Virus record (IMG/VR): IMGVR_UViG_3300045993_000394
DNA: 63,700 nucleotides
Strand: one strand, 5' to 3'
Source: an uncultured virus (IMG/VR IMGVR_UViG_3300045993_000394)
Taxonomy: Duplodnaviria; Heunggongvirae; Uroviricota; Caudoviricetes
Shown here: positions 34,784 to 47,100 of the stretch, in pieces
How positions within the stretch are numbered: the stretch's first letter is position 1
How the letters are laid out: each line of letters opens with the position of its first letter
Notes under the pieces: model-generated
Seen by the model: the letters and a program-made list of their open reading frames with translations, nothing else
Told to the model about the DNA's origin: nothing
Databases searched by the model: none
Program-made: the position numbers and the translations under genes

Positions 34784-35704
34784 ATGAGTCATAAACTCGT
34801 CTTAAACGAACAAAGACTGCTCAAGCGTTTAGCTATATTATCTACTAAGCTAGCCAAGCCGGAAGCAGCCGTTTTTGAAAACGACAGCTGGCAGGAGCCG
34901 TACGAGAAGTTTTTAAAAGAATGGGAAAAGAAGACAGGTAAATTGGTAAAGTACGGAGACATAACGGATTGGCCATTGGTAAAGTTTAATTCAGGACAGA
35001 GAGATAGAAATATTTTAGTTATGACGGGAGTGCACGGAGAAGAGCAAGTAGGTCCGCTTACAGTCCTGTCAAACTTTGATAAAATAGTAGATATAGCCGC
35101 TCGTGCCGGTATAGGCATAACTATTTATCCGTGCTTTTCTCCCACTGGGTGGGGAGTAGGTGAGCGGGACAACATACGTAACAGCGCAACGAATAACGTA
35201 ATTGAGTACTTATCTAAAGAGACAGGCAAATTTACAAAAGAAACACATAGAGACAATTATACAGATGTAAGAATGTCTGAAGACGCAGCCAAAGAAGCGC
35301 AAGACTTTTATGAAGACGTAATGAATAACCCAATACCGGACGCCGCACTAGATATACACCAGGATTCAGATTTAAAGAAGAAAAACTTGAAACCGTCAAC
35401 TTACGCTTATGTGTACAAACCGGAAGAACTGCGCCATATAGCGCAAGCAGCTACCCGGTACTTACAGCCTGCTGCAGGACAGAAAGTAGAACTATATGAC
35501 GTTGAGCATTCTAAAGGCACAGTAGATAAAGACGGATTGCTTATTTGTTCAGACATAGACAATACGACTCAGGGATTCTTTGAGCATCTACAGATACCGT
35601 ACACTTGCACATTGGAGACATCGCTTAACGCACCCCTAGATAAAGTTGACCAAGTAAATATGACTTGGATCTCAGGTTTGATAGACCTTCTGGCACAAGA
35701 CTGA
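34784..35704 (+). CDS. M14-like zinc carboxypeptidase / succinylglutamate desuccinylase-fold protein
   Basis: GVHGEE (HxxE), SPTG, LDIHQD, TLET. Confidence 0.85.
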   Translation: MSHKLVLNEQRLLKRLAILSTKLAKPEAAVFENDSWQEPYEKFLKEWEKKTGKLVKYGDITDWPLVKFNSGQRDRNILVMTGVHGEEQVGPLTVLSNFDKIVDIAARAGIGITIYPCFSPTGWGVGERDNIRNSATNNVIEYLSKETGKFTKETHRDNYTDVRMSEDAAKEAQDFYEDVMNNPIPDAALDIHQDSDLKKKNLKPSTYAYVYKPEELRHIAQAATRYLQPAAGQKVELYDVEHSKGTVDKDGLLICSDIDNTTQGFFEHLQIPYTCTLETSLNAPLDKVDQVNMTWISGLIDLLAQD

Positions 35705-35755
35705 CACGCCGTTTTAGGGTAGGACTATGACTTATCAAGTTTCTCATTATTTGTT

Positions 35756-36235
35756 ATGAAGCTGACTAAAGAATGGTTAAAGCATATAAATTTGCCTATG
35801 TTGGCGTTTAGTTTCTTGTTTGTTGTAGCGACAATACCAGTTATGGGCGTGCTTGGCGTGAGGTACGGCAACCTGTCTCTTGACGGATTTGTTTTGTTCT
35901 TCTGTTTGGTGCTGTCCGATGTAAACGTAGCTAGGCGATTTGCAGCACACGAAGCTGTAGAACAGGCACGAGAAGTTGAAATACTGAGACTGCAGAGAGA
36001 CGCTTATACAAACGCAGTGGCGTCGGTACTAAGCCCACTAAAAGACGAACACAAGCAAATGATAAACATATTCGACGCAATGGGAGACAGCTTAGGTAGT
36101 CAAACGAAGGAATTTACAAAACTGCGGGAAGAAGTAGCTTTAATAAAAGCAATGCACGAACTGTTGCTTATTCGTATTAAAGCACTGGAGCTTAGGTCCG
36201 GTCTTGTTTCGCAGGTTAAATTACCAATTATTTAA
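35756..36235 (+). CDS. Membrane protein with C-terminal coiled coil
   Basis: Two N-terminal hydrophobic segments followed by a heptad-rich tail. Confidence 0.7.
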   Translation: MKLTKEWLKHINLPMLAFSFLFVVATIPVMGVLGVRYGNLSLDGFVLFFCLVLSDVNVARRFAAHEAVEQAREVEILRLQRDAYTNAVASVLSPLKDEHKQMINIFDAMGDSLGSQTKEFTKLREEVALIKAMHELLLIRIKALELRSGLVSQVKLPII

Positions 36236-36245
36236 GAAAGATACC

Positions 36246-37577
36246 ATGTCACACAAATTAATTTTGAACGAAGACAGGCTGATGGGTAAGCTGATAAGAC
36301 TAAATAAGAAAGTAGGACAAGCAGAACCAGAACAGAACAACGAAGCAGAATTTGCAAAAATAAAAAGTAAAGCAGATGCATATTTACGTGAAGCAGAAGA
36401 ACTAGAGTCAAAGGTAGAAGCATACGAAGAACAACATAAAGACGCACGTGGTGTTTTTGATAATGTGTTGTTCTATGTTGGAGCTGTTAGACAATATCAC
36501 GGTTACGTAATTAAGGATGTACGTTCATACAATATCGATGATGCTAAGCAAGATCTTACCAAAACCAAAACAGGACTAAATAATGCACTAAAGATTTATA
36601 AAAACACAATGAATGAACAAGAAGCTAAGAATGCGCCGCCTGCTGAACAAATAGACGCACGTGGTAACACATTAGAAGATTTGCGAATAACAGAGCTTAA
36701 GAAACTACGTAGCGACGCTAGCGCACTTAGGCAAAAAGCAAATGTGCATCAGTCGTGTCCAAACATAGAAGAAGTATATACGAGATTGCTTCATTGCACA
36801 GACGCCATAAGCGCAGCAGAAGACGCTTTTCGAGACTACGCAGGCAGAAACGAATCTTTTATTGCGTCACGCATAAAAGCAGCAAAAGAACTTTTTTATA
36901 TTGCAAATAAGACACTTAGTGATCACGCTTGTGCAGCAAAGACTAATGTAGTGCCGATAAAGCCGATGACCGTTGGCGACGTGATGCGCGGCGAACCAAC
37001 GAAAGAGCAAACACCAGAAGAGAAAATCGAAAGCATAAAAAGTACTCGCGTAGATCCATACGATAGCAGAGTGTATGAAGCATACGATGCTGTAGCGCGT
37101 GATATGCTTAATAAAAAAGGCGTAGCAGATAAAGTTCATAATTTGATAGCTGAAATACAGAACGCTTACGCCTATTCTGAAGCGGCGCTGCATGAATTAA
37201 AGCGCGACCAGTTAGAAGACGTCATAAACGCATATAACGACGCCAAGTATGATGCACGGTTATTAGAAAGCATAGCAACTAGACTATTGATACCATTAAA
37301 CATTCACCATAGTAGTGAGCGTAATGCTCCACGTTATAGCGATGCAGACTCTATAAAAGACATTGAATGGAAATTAAAAGCGCTATTGTCTGATAAAGCA
37401 TATGCGCAAAGTTTTGCTAAGCACCCGGTAGTACACGGTCTACTTAAACAAATAAACGACGCGATACAGATGCTACACGCCACAGAAGCGAACATTGATA
37501 AGCTGCGCGGTAAAGTAGCAAAGAAGTACACTGCAGCAGCCGCCGGTCGTATTGATAAAGCGAATGAAACCGCATAA
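36246..37577 (+). CDS. Helical protein with MSHKL leader
   Basis: MSHKLILNEDRL, shared with the peptidase at 34784. Confidence 0.8.
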   Translation: MSHKLILNEDRLMGKLIRLNKKVGQAEPEQNNEAEFAKIKSKADAYLREAEELESKVEAYEEQHKDARGVFDNVLFYVGAVRQYHGYVIKDVRSYNIDDAKQDLTKTKTGLNNALKIYKNTMNEQEAKNAPPAEQIDARGNTLEDLRITELKKLRSDASALRQKANVHQSCPNIEEVYTRLLHCTDAISAAEDAFRDYAGRNESFIASRIKAAKELFYIANKTLSDHACAAKTNVVPIKPMTVGDVMRGEPTKEQTPEEKIESIKSTRVDPYDSRVYEAYDAVARDMLNKKGVADKVHNLIAEIQNAYAYSEAALHELKRDQLEDVINAYNDAKYDARLLESIATRLLIPLNIHHSSERNAPRYSDADSIKDIEWKLKALLSDKAYAQSFAKHPVVHGLLKQINDAIQMLHATEANIDKLRGKVAKKYTAAAAGRIDKANETA

Positions 37578-37776
37578 TGTAAACACTTATCTGCATTCGC
37601 TGTGTAAGCACTGTTCAGCCAAGTTGATAGGCGAACAGCAAGACGACGGATCTCTGGTATACAGGTTTGCTTTTGTAAAGAAGAACCGGAATTGTATCAT
37701 CGTGTCCGATGATTGTGACGAAGCTGCGATAGAGATGTCTGTTTACAAGAAGATTTCTGAATGGATGGACTCGTAA
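37564..37776 (+). CDS. HC3 family paralog
   Basis: MKPH...CKHC...SDDCDEAAIEM...EWMDS. Confidence 0.8.
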   Translation: MKPHNVNTYLHSLCKHCSAKLIGEQQDDGSLVYRFAFVKKNRNCIIVSDDCDEAAIEMSVYKKISEWMDS

Positions 37777-38579
37777 TGACTACGCCAGATAAAGCTAAAT
37801 TTCGGTCGTCAGTGGTTGTGCCGCTTGCTGCCAATGTACCTGAAACAGTAAAGCTTACTAATTCAGTAATAACACCGCAGCAAATGTATGGTAAGAAGCC
37901 AAAGCAAAAGAAAGTAATGCAGTACACGCCAAAAGGCGTCATACTGAAGTTGCAAGCGGCTGGATGGAAACATAAGTCGTCAAATTCTATATTTTGGAAG
38001 CACCCGTTCTTGAATGTAGAGATGCCATATAAAGAAGCGTTGTTTATGCTTCTTGTGCAACAAAGAGAAGACGCTGGTGGCGCGGCGCGTCAAGCACCGT
38101 TTAGTACGGCAATGATCGACGCCATGCGTGGTGAAGTATATTATATGCGTAAGATAATGGCTGCGTATGCAGACACAGCCAATAAACTAGTAAATACGGA
38201 CGTCATCTGTCCAAGATGCAATATACCGTACAAGAACAGAGCCGACCACGTTACAGATTGTCCAATTAGGAATTTTTACAGCCTTCTTGAGATGTCTATA
38301 GCTTCATTTGAGTCTAAAGTAGCTAAAGACACAATTGAGATACTTAAAGAAGCTGAAGATAGAGCCAATGAAATGTTGGCCATTAGTGATAAGTTAGATT
38401 TTTCATCTTTGCTTTCATTTAGGCAGCGACTTAGGCTGAAAAACATAAAGAAGATAAATGCTCACTTTGTACGCGATGCTGTCGTACGAGCCTTGTCTTT
38501 AATTAAAGACGAAGAAGTTGACGTACCAGACAACCAGGAAGAATTAGACAAAACAGAATACGATGGAACATCTGAGTGA
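37776..38579 (+). CDS. Hypothetical protein
   Basis: CPRC...H..DCP zinc-like motif. Confidence 0.7.
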   Translation: MTTPDKAKFRSSVVVPLAANVPETVKLTNSVITPQQMYGKKPKQKKVMQYTPKGVILKLQAAGWKHKSSNSIFWKHPFLNVEMPYKEALFMLLVQQREDAGGAARQAPFSTAMIDAMRGEVYYMRKIMAAYADTANKLVNTDVICPRCNIPYKNRADHVTDCPIRNFYSLLEMSIASFESKVAKDTIEILKEAEDRANEMLAISDKLDFSSLLSFRQRLRLKNIKKINAHFVRDAVVRALSLIKDEEVDVPDNQEELDKTEYDGTSE

Positions 38580-38660
38580 CGAACAGACTTTAGTATGGGT
38601 GCTTTATTTGCTGTTTGTCTTTGTGTATGGCAAATTACTTATTAGATACATGGTAAACCA

Positions 38661-38891
38661 ATGACAACGAAACCGTGCACATATTGTGGCGAAGCACACG
38701 ACGATGAAGATCTTCTTCCTTTATTGTACACGATAAAATGCGTTAGAACACATATGAATAATCTTTATAATGAGATTAGTGAGCTTAAACTGAATTTGCG
38801 TCATTCTGAAGCTGATCGTATTCGTGCTGATGTTGCTAAGTTTAATGCGATATTTGAACTTGAAGAACATAAATCTAAACATGGAGCATAA
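38661..38891 (+). CDS. Small hypothetical protein
   Basis: CTYCGEAH plus coiled coil. Confidence 0.55.
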   Translation: MTTKPCTYCGEAHDDEDLLPLLYTIKCVRTHMNNLYNEISELKLNLRHSEADRIRADVAKFNAIFELEEHKSKHGA

Positions 38892-38892
38892 G

Positions 38893-39159
38893 ATGTCAAA
38901 GATTGAGAATATTGAGTTAGCCACTCATTTTATGATTTCATCTATAGTAAACCACGTTGTTGCAAACATTAAGCGTGGAATCTTTGTAAAGCTTATAGCG
39001 CCACCTAAAAAGTACAAGCCAAGAAAAGTAACGCAACGCGTTAGCCCATTGCGTAATAAACACTTTACAGATGAACAAATGCAGTGTAGATTCAAGAATT
39101 GTAAACGGCGATCTGGTGGTCCCAGATACAGGTTTTTGTGCAAGAATCATAGACAATGA
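38893..39159 (+). CDS. Basic protein with C-terminal Cx4C...CxxH
   Basis: CRFKNCKRRSGGPRYRFLCKNH; GGAG SD. Confidence 0.6.
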   Translation: MSKIENIELATHFMISSIVNHVVANIKRGIFVKLIAPPKKYKPRKVTQRVSPLRNKHFTDEQMQCRFKNCKRRSGGPRYRFLCKNHRQ

Positions 39160-39389
39160 AACATAATTTTGCACCGCGTGCGTTGAGTAAGCATAGATGG
39201 TGTACTGCGTGTGGATCAACAATAGATTTACAGAATAATCGTAGAATTGTATTTATTAAATTGGGCGACCACACAAGAACTAAAATATACGATATGCCAG
39301 ACGATTGTGAAGAAGCACTGGCTAAAATAGGTGTAATAAATGCGTGTCCGTGGTTAGACGATGACACACAGATGGACAAAACAAAATAG
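39156..39389 (+). CDS. HC3 family paralog
   Basis: MKH...CTACG...PDDCEEALAKI...PWLDD. Confidence 0.8.
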   Translation: MKHNFAPRALSKHRWCTACGSTIDLQNNRRIVFIKLGDHTRTKIYDMPDDCEEALAKIGVINACPWLDDDTQMDKTK

Positions 39390-39591
39390 TGCCGTAGTTT
39401 GTTCTGGTTGTGGCGCATACGGTAATTACGATAATATGCGCGGCAGCGTTGGGTTTGCTTATGCCATAAATCCGATAAACCATGACGTCGTATTTGTCGG
39501 GTGCGAATGCGACTCCAATGCGGCCATAATAGTACAACTGACAAAAGCCAAGAGATTCATCGATGATGATGTCATTAAACCTAATGTTTAA
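39361..39591 (+). CDS. HC3 family paralog
   Basis: MTHRW...CSGCG...CECDS...RFIDD. Confidence 0.7.
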   Translation: MTHRWTKQNSAVVCSGCGAYGNYDNMRGSVGFAYAINPINHDVVFVGCECDSNAAIIVQLTKAKRFIDDDVIKPNV

Positions 39592-39607
39592 ACCGGAAGT
39601 GTACAAC

Positions 39608-40045
39608 ATGGACGAAAAACTTGGTCCGACACCGCAAGACTTGCTTGTCAGCGCGTCCGGTGTCCTTACCACTATGATAGACATACGCAACGAGTTTAGA
39701 GACACGTTGCCAGTGGTGCAGATGTTTCACGATACATTGGTCACAACAGTTGAGAATTATTTGGCCGATCTGCAGAGTAAGGTTCGTACGCTTAACGATT
39801 TGAAGGCAAAGTTTCGTGGTGCCATCACTGGTGGGCAGATGGTAATGGTGAATAATATCGAACGCGCAGCCAATCAGATGTGCAGCAACCTTTCTTATTT
39901 TAAGAGTGCACGCACTTTGGCGTCGTCAGGTGCGGCTACCGCACCTGTTGCTTTCTTTGCAAGAATTTACACGTCAGGTCTTAATATAGACATTCTTCGT
40001 GACCCGCTTAAGTGGAAGGACGAAGCCAGAAGGGCCAAGTCTTGA
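39608..40045 (+). CDS. Hypothetical protein
   Basis: ORF in co-oriented run. Confidence 0.6.
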   Translation: MDEKLGPTPQDLLVSASGVLTTMIDIRNEFRDTLPVVQMFHDTLVTTVENYLADLQSKVRTLNDLKAKFRGAITGGQMVMVNNIERAANQMCSNLSYFKSARTLASSGAATAPVAFFARIYTSGLNIDILRDPLKWKDEARRAKS

Positions 40046-40235
40046 ATAAGGTCGCGCAGTCCGTTGCACAGTGGGAAAGCGTGTGCACCAAATTGCGCGG
40101 TCGTGTCCTTGTGGGTAGCAAAGCACATTATTGTTCTTCGTATGGTAACATACCGGTTGACGAAACTACGTATGAATACAAGTTCTGCGAGTGTTTCGTT
40201 GTGAAGCCGGAATTGAACGCCGTGGTGCACCACTA

Positions 40236-40544
40236 ATGCATGTGTATTTAGCACTGTTTATTGCTGCGCTGTGCGGTATTACTGGCGCGCACGTATCTGT
40301 ACGCACACGCGACGGTGCTCATTTTATTTGGAACTATGTTAACTCAATGGCAACAGTCAGTTCTTGGATTTATTTAATCAAGCATTCGACTTGGCCATTG
40401 GTATTGTCGTCAGTTATTTGGGATACGTGCTATATGGTAACATTTACTATAGCGTTATATTTTATAGATAACAATCCGCTAACTGTTGTCCAGATGGCTG
40501 GCATAGTTATCACGATGATTGGGTTGTTACTCGTCAATACATAG
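40236..40544 (+). CDS. Small four-helix membrane protein, SMR/DMT-like
   Basis: ~102 aa, four hydrophobic segments, ends QMAGIVITMIGLLLV. Confidence 0.6.
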   Translation: MHVYLALFIAALCGITGAHVSVRTRDGAHFIWNYVNSMATVSSWIYLIKHSTWPLVLSSVIWDTCYMVTFTIALYFIDNNPLTVVQMAGIVITMIGLLLVNT

Positions 40545-41128
40545 TTAATGTTGCGTCTTTGCTATTGTATCTTATGGTATGGGCCTAATACTAACTTGTG
40601 ATGTCTGTTCTGAAGTCATAAAATCACACACTAGCGCAAATAGGTGTGAATGGTGCGGCAAGTTTCTTTGTGTGCCGCACATGTATATAGATGACTATAC
40701 GCGGACAAATTGTCTGCGTTGCGCTAAAGAAAAGTTTATAGACGTTAGACCTGCGGCTCGGCCTTCTGTACAGGGTCTTGAGCCCGCACGTAACTTTCAA
40801 TAGTTATCTGTACTATGCTATCGTCTGAAGCTAGACGACGAAGATAATTTATGTCTTCAGTCGTAGACCTTAGATATCCGTTATTGTCCGGTAGTAACAG
40901 TAGGTCCCGGCTGTTCGAATCCAGTATTCCGTACCTTATCGTCTTCATTGGATTGACTCGCTTTCTTCTTCATGATCTCTTGTAGAGCAGTACTTAGTAT
41001 CGGTATAAGTAACTTTTGTACTTCAGCACTTTTATCGGTAGACAGTTCTTTGATTAAATCTGTTAAGATCTTTTCTTCTTCCATATTAAATATTAGCTGT
41101 TTAATACATTTTTGGCAAGTATTTAAAT

Positions 41129-44100
41129 ATGAGTGAAAACGTCATGAACAAAAGCGGTCATGCAGTGTGGACACTCCGTATGTCAGAGGTTGGCCCCATT
41201 GTAGAGCGCAAGACAGACGACGATAAAGATAGAATTGTAAACACCAATCTTATTGAAGTTGTTGAAGCCGTACAGAAAACAGCAGCCAGACCTAACCATC
41301 GTAAGAATAAGAATAGAGCAAAAAGCGGCCCAGCTGTAGAAAAACGTTTGTTTAATGGCTGGGAAACAGAAGTGCTAAATGTAGTTGGTGCCATATTAAA
41401 AGACGAGGCAGCAAGACCTGAATTTAGGGGATTAAAGAATAAGTATGACGCATGGCGTGGTGTAAAGATAACTGCGCCGTTGGCCGGTAAAAATGTAGAA
41501 ATGACGCAGGACCAAATATTTGGTCTACAAGATCAATCAGTTGGTCTGAAGAAGTTTGCACATGATTATATCATATTAAAGACGCCGGATCTACTAGCAC
41601 GGTTTAATAAAGCGTTAGAGTTTAGAATTGCTGCCATAAAAAAGTTGGAAACAGATGGTAAGGTTACAAAGTTCCAGATAGACAACACCGTTAAAGGTAT
41701 ACAAGGCCACATTGACAATCCGAAACAGCTTTTGGTTGCCGGTAAGGACGTCAGTGCGTTTGGTGCAGTTGTCAGGGAGATGGAGCAACGGCAGGACTTA
41801 GCGCAGCGTGAACTTAAGGTAGCACCCGCAGATTACGACGCTGCGCTTGCAGACTTTAAGCTTATTGGTGGCAACGAGAGCGAGTTTCCAGATAAGGCAA
41901 CATGGCAGAGGGAACACGCGGGTAAGTACGCTACACAGAAGATGAAGGACATTCTCCTTGGTATTCGCAAGGAGCGTTTTAAGAAAGAGCAAGAAGCACA
42001 TCCGCATGTAACCATGGATTTTGATGCATGGAACAAGCAGCAGAGTGAAGCTGTTGCACAGCGAGTCCAGCAGCAGCGTCAGCAAGACGCAGATCAGACA
42101 AAAGACGAGTTATGGGAAAACGCACCTGGAGCCGCACCGGACTATAATAGAGAGAACTTACCGCGCAATGACCAAATTAAAGGTATCTTATATGCTAAGA
42201 TACCTGAACTATTAAACGTACGTAAAGTAATAAATGACTATATAGATGCAAATCCGCATTTGGGTCAGGTTTACGATAAGAAAGCAATACATGACATAGA
42301 ACAGCAGTGGCAAACAGAATTAAATAATAGAAATAGAATCATCCATAAGATAGTTGATCGTGCAATCGAGCAATACACCGGTACATACACTTGGCTTAAA
42401 GAAGAAAGACTTCGTATATTAAATCAAGTCAACAATAAACTTTTACGATATCGTCTAAATCATGTGTATCTTGGAGCAATAACACGTAACATATATAACG
42501 TAATGAAGGGTCCGCCTGGATACAGGCGTCCGCCTGCTGCTACGCCAACGCCGCAAACTACACCGCCTACGAGTACTGCTCCACCGGCTGCAACCACTCC
42601 TGCCGCTACTGCACCAACTGTACCTACAGTTCCGTCTGTTGCTGCTACACCATCAACTGCTACTACACCATCAACTGCTACTACACCATCAGTACCGTCC
42701 ACGGCAACATCAACTGCTGCACCGTCTGCTACTGCACCATCATCAAGTACAGCATACTATTTACCACATGAATTTGATACATATGACCAAGAAGCGTACA
42801 ATAAAATAGTAACGTCTGTTATGAAGCACAGACAAACCGGTGTAAATAAGGCAGAAGAATCATGTGCTAAAGTTGGTATGTCATATGGTCAGGTAATCGA
42901 ATCGCTTCACGATGGCACTCTTGATAAGACTAAATATGTTGGTCTTTTGAATGAGTTGAATTCAACATTTAAAGAAAGCGTACGCGACATTGTTAGTGAA
43001 ACTGGTATAAGTGAAGAATTGGCTGAATTAGCGTTAAGTAATATTTCTCTTGATCCGCCAGATGCTCCTGGATTACCAGATGAGCCTGCGGCGTCTGCGC
43101 CTGCAAAGCCTGCGGTGGCTGACACTGGAACTGCTGCTGTACCGGCTGCACCGACAGTTGCTGAAACCGGCACTACTAAAGCCGAGTCTGTTGCAGCAAC
43201 ACCTCCGCCGCCTCCGCCAGACGACACAGAAGAAAAGACAGCAAGTCGTAAGTTCGCAAATCTTGTTAAGTCAATAGATGAGTATCCAGTCATTTCTATA
43301 TCTGGAATATCGCACGTTAAAGGCGTAAGCACTCGTGTTGCGACAAGATGGTACAACAATCTTATTCAGTCAGGCAAGATAAAGCAGTATGCTAACATAG
43401 ATGGGTGTGCAATCGTTGTAAATAACAAATATAACTATCGCACACGTAAGACAGCAGAAGGCAACATAGACGAAAATCCAATTGGCGACAGTGCTCTGTC
43501 TTTATCTGACAAGGATATACTTGAAACAGAAGTTGTAGAGACAATTGGCGGGCAGAAGCCGCCTGAGTCTGGCGTTGTTACTCAGTCGATGTCTGATGCC
43601 ACGAAGCCACAAGTTGTAGAAGATGGAATATCTGACGATAAGATGGAAGAGCTTGATGGAGACATAAATAAAGCAATAGTTGACTATACAAAACATTTAA
43701 AAAGACTAAGTACGTCAGATCAGATTTCAAGACACGACATATACAACAAGATCCAAGGAAAACTAAAGAGAGAGTGTAAAGACGAGAAAGTTAAGAAATA
43801 TGTAATTCAAGTCATTTTAGACGACTTGTTGAATAACAGATTTTTATACAAGACGTCTGATCCAGATAGATTTTCTTTAAGTCTTGTGCCGACAGCACCG
43901 GTTGTAACAAACATTAATGAGATAGCACCTGGGCAAAAAAGCACACCGGAACCTGCAACTAAGCCAGAAACAGAAGAAGAAGCGCATGCCAGAGGTAGCG
44001 TAGACGATCCGTTAGGAAAGATGGAAGCAAAGATTGTCGATATGGTTGTTGACCATATCAGAGCAAATCTTAGCTCACAGTTACGCATCGAGCAGATGTT

Positions 44101-47100
44101 CGATATCAAGGCAGTAAGTAAGATAATAAGCTCTATGCAAGGCATTAACGATAAGCAGAAAGAACTCTATGTAAACGTATATCGTAGGTTCTTAACTGAT
44201 ATTCTTGCAAGTAAAATACGTATCATAGAAGAAGGTGGCACAAATACAGGCGTACATACCGGTTCAGGTAGGGCCGATAGCGCCATAAATGTCGCACTGA
44301 CCGCGTTTGAAGCCGATGTACATGCAAAGCTTGAGAAAGAGAAGGCAGCAAAAGAACTGGCAAACATAACTATAGAAGCAGATCCACGGTTTATGGCTAA
44401 GAAGCAAAAGCCAGCCGCTGTTGACACAGAGAAGCCAGTTGTTGATTTAGACAAGCAGATTGACGCTGCTATCTTGCACGATGACGTAATGACACCGGCT
44501 GGTATATATCGTGCTGAAGCAGAAGGCGACGAAGTGCTTGGTACGCATGCTTTATTACGTACAACTAGTGAAAATGCCACTGTACTGTCGTTGGCAGAGA
44601 GCAATGCGTCGCAAAATAAAATAAGACGATCTGCAATGAAGCACGTTTATGAAGCATATGAACGCATTATTGGTGAAAAAGCCACAAGCTTGCCCATTGG
44701 CGCTGAAAACGCTGGTGTAAATTATTTTACTGTAAGGTGTTTGCAGGCTAGATATAATAGAGCTGCTCCATCTGCTATGGAGCACCATTTTATAAGCGAC
44801 GACATAGAAACAAAGACCGCTTTTAAAGATAGAATAAAAGACGCGCAGCAGTTGATGATAGAGATCAATCATTACACAGATCCACAGACTCGTATGATTA
44901 TTGATGACATACGAGCAAAGCTTGGCTATGTCGGCGGCGAAAACGTAGATGCAACAAAGGTGTATGATCTTCTTAAAAATCCGGTTGCTTTAGATAAGTA
45001 CATACACAAAGAAACATATGACGCAGCCATTGCTATAGTAGAAAAGCAGTTGTCTAGGAAGTTAGATAAAGAAACCATAAATGGCGATCCGGCCATTAGA
45101 TTTATGGTTGTGCAAACGGCACGAACCGCACTAGAGCAAATAAACTTTACTCTATCAAGAGTGTTTACGCTACCAAGTATAGATTCACTATCTGAGTACG
45201 CATTTGGAGAGAAGAAGCACAAAGCAAAGAAGACACCGGAAGCATCAAACACAGATTACGATTTATCGTTCACAAATCCAGAAATGCAGGTGTTAATTCA
45301 AAATTTTCTATTGCGATACATAATGGATGGGCACGAAACTGAATTTGTTCGCATGAAGCAAATACCAAAAGGCTCGCAATCGTTTTATCTCAAGTTGCCT
45401 AACGGGCTTTGGATAGATATCTACAATAGGCACAATGCCGATATGATACGCGTTATAGTCGACATGCATTTGTTTGCCTTATCTACGCAATATACGAAGA
45501 TACAAGATGACAAGAATAAAGGATTAAAAGAGTATACTTTTCCGTATGAAGAAGTAGTCAAAGTGTCTCAAGAACTTGCTGCGCGACGTGGCGCGGACGA
45601 TAACACAAAGCGCGATGCTGCTTTGTACTTGAACAATGTTAACACACTGCGTTATCTAGACAGCATAACGCAGCACTTAGATGAACCGGCATCTCAGATC
45701 AGCAATTCGCCGGGTAAAGTAAACGTCACTGGTGTACATGGCGGCAAAGCCATAGAGCATCTTACCTATGCAATACAGATGGAAGGTTATACAGCTTGGG
45801 CTGTAATCAACTCTGGGTCAACAAATAGCCGCGATAAAGCAGCATATCAACAAGACCCAGCTAACTCACCGATACTTCGTGATCAGTTGGTCAGAGACGA
45901 TGAAACATACGAAGACGATGAAGACAAAGATAAACCAAGAATAGCAAACATTGGAGACTCGATTCTATTAAGAGGTGACGCTGTAGTATACGACTTATAT
46001 GACAAAGATCGTGTATTCAAGAGAGAAGTACGCGCGCCGTCAAAAGTAAAAGCATATGTGTACGACGCAAACCACAATCCGAAAGAATTGACATACGGTC
46101 TGCCTGTTATGGTGCCAGATGCGCTGCCTGCTTATTTATATAGCATAAGGCGTAAGTCGTTGGAGCTTTGGCACACAAACATGGCCGCAATAAAAGCCAA
46201 AGCAGACAAAGAAAACATACACTTCGAATACACAACGGCGATGCGTCCACCAAAGTACGTGCTCAGTTCTATGATGAAGCAAGCAATGGACAAGATTGAT
46301 GTAGCTACGCAGATGTATGGATTTGTTGTTGGTGTTGAAATGCGCGCTGCTACGTCGATACAGTTTACAGATTCCATAGAAAAGAACATGGCCACGCACT
46401 TTGTTCGTGTGTGGTTTCCAGACTTCTTGGGCATCACGTCAGACCAGACTCGTAGGTATAGCGGCGTAAAGATAAATCCAGTATTGACAAATATACGAAC
46501 TAAAGCAAAAGAACATAGCATAAAACGTAAAGAAGTCATTGGTGACGCATGTATGTCAGCGTTTATGAAGCAGGTACACGAAGCCGACAAAGGAACTGGT
46601 AAGTACATATCAGATGATGGACAAATCGTAAATGCGTCAACTCAACACGTGTACGATTGGTTCTTTGACGCAACAAAAGATGCTGAAAGATTAAAGTCCG
46701 GATATGGTTGTATGGTCAATAATATCAGCATAGCTGGAGCTATTAAATCTGGCAATAGGACGTTGATTCATCATTATATTAAAACAGCAGAAGGTAAAGC
46801 CGGATTTGGATTTAGCGTAGATAAGTTTATTACTGACATTTTATCAAACGATGAACTTAAAGCAGTGAACAAGGAAGCACGCACATATGAACAAGCGCTG
46901 GAAGATGAGCATATCAAAGATAACGGTCTGCACAATAGGGGTGTTGTAGTACAAGAAACCGCAGTAGATGCAGATAAGGCCAAGACGGGCGTTTCCGGAA
47001 CAGAATTTTTATCTAAGCACGACACAGACGACGCCAAAGACACCACAGAGGATACGCCGTCTGACGACGGTGAAGAAGAAGGTAAGAGCAGGGGCGTTCA

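Noticed and set aside
42520..42750. Tandem DNA repeats (gctactacaccatcaact)
   Set aside because: They simply encode a Pro/Thr/Ala linker in the 2,206 aa protein
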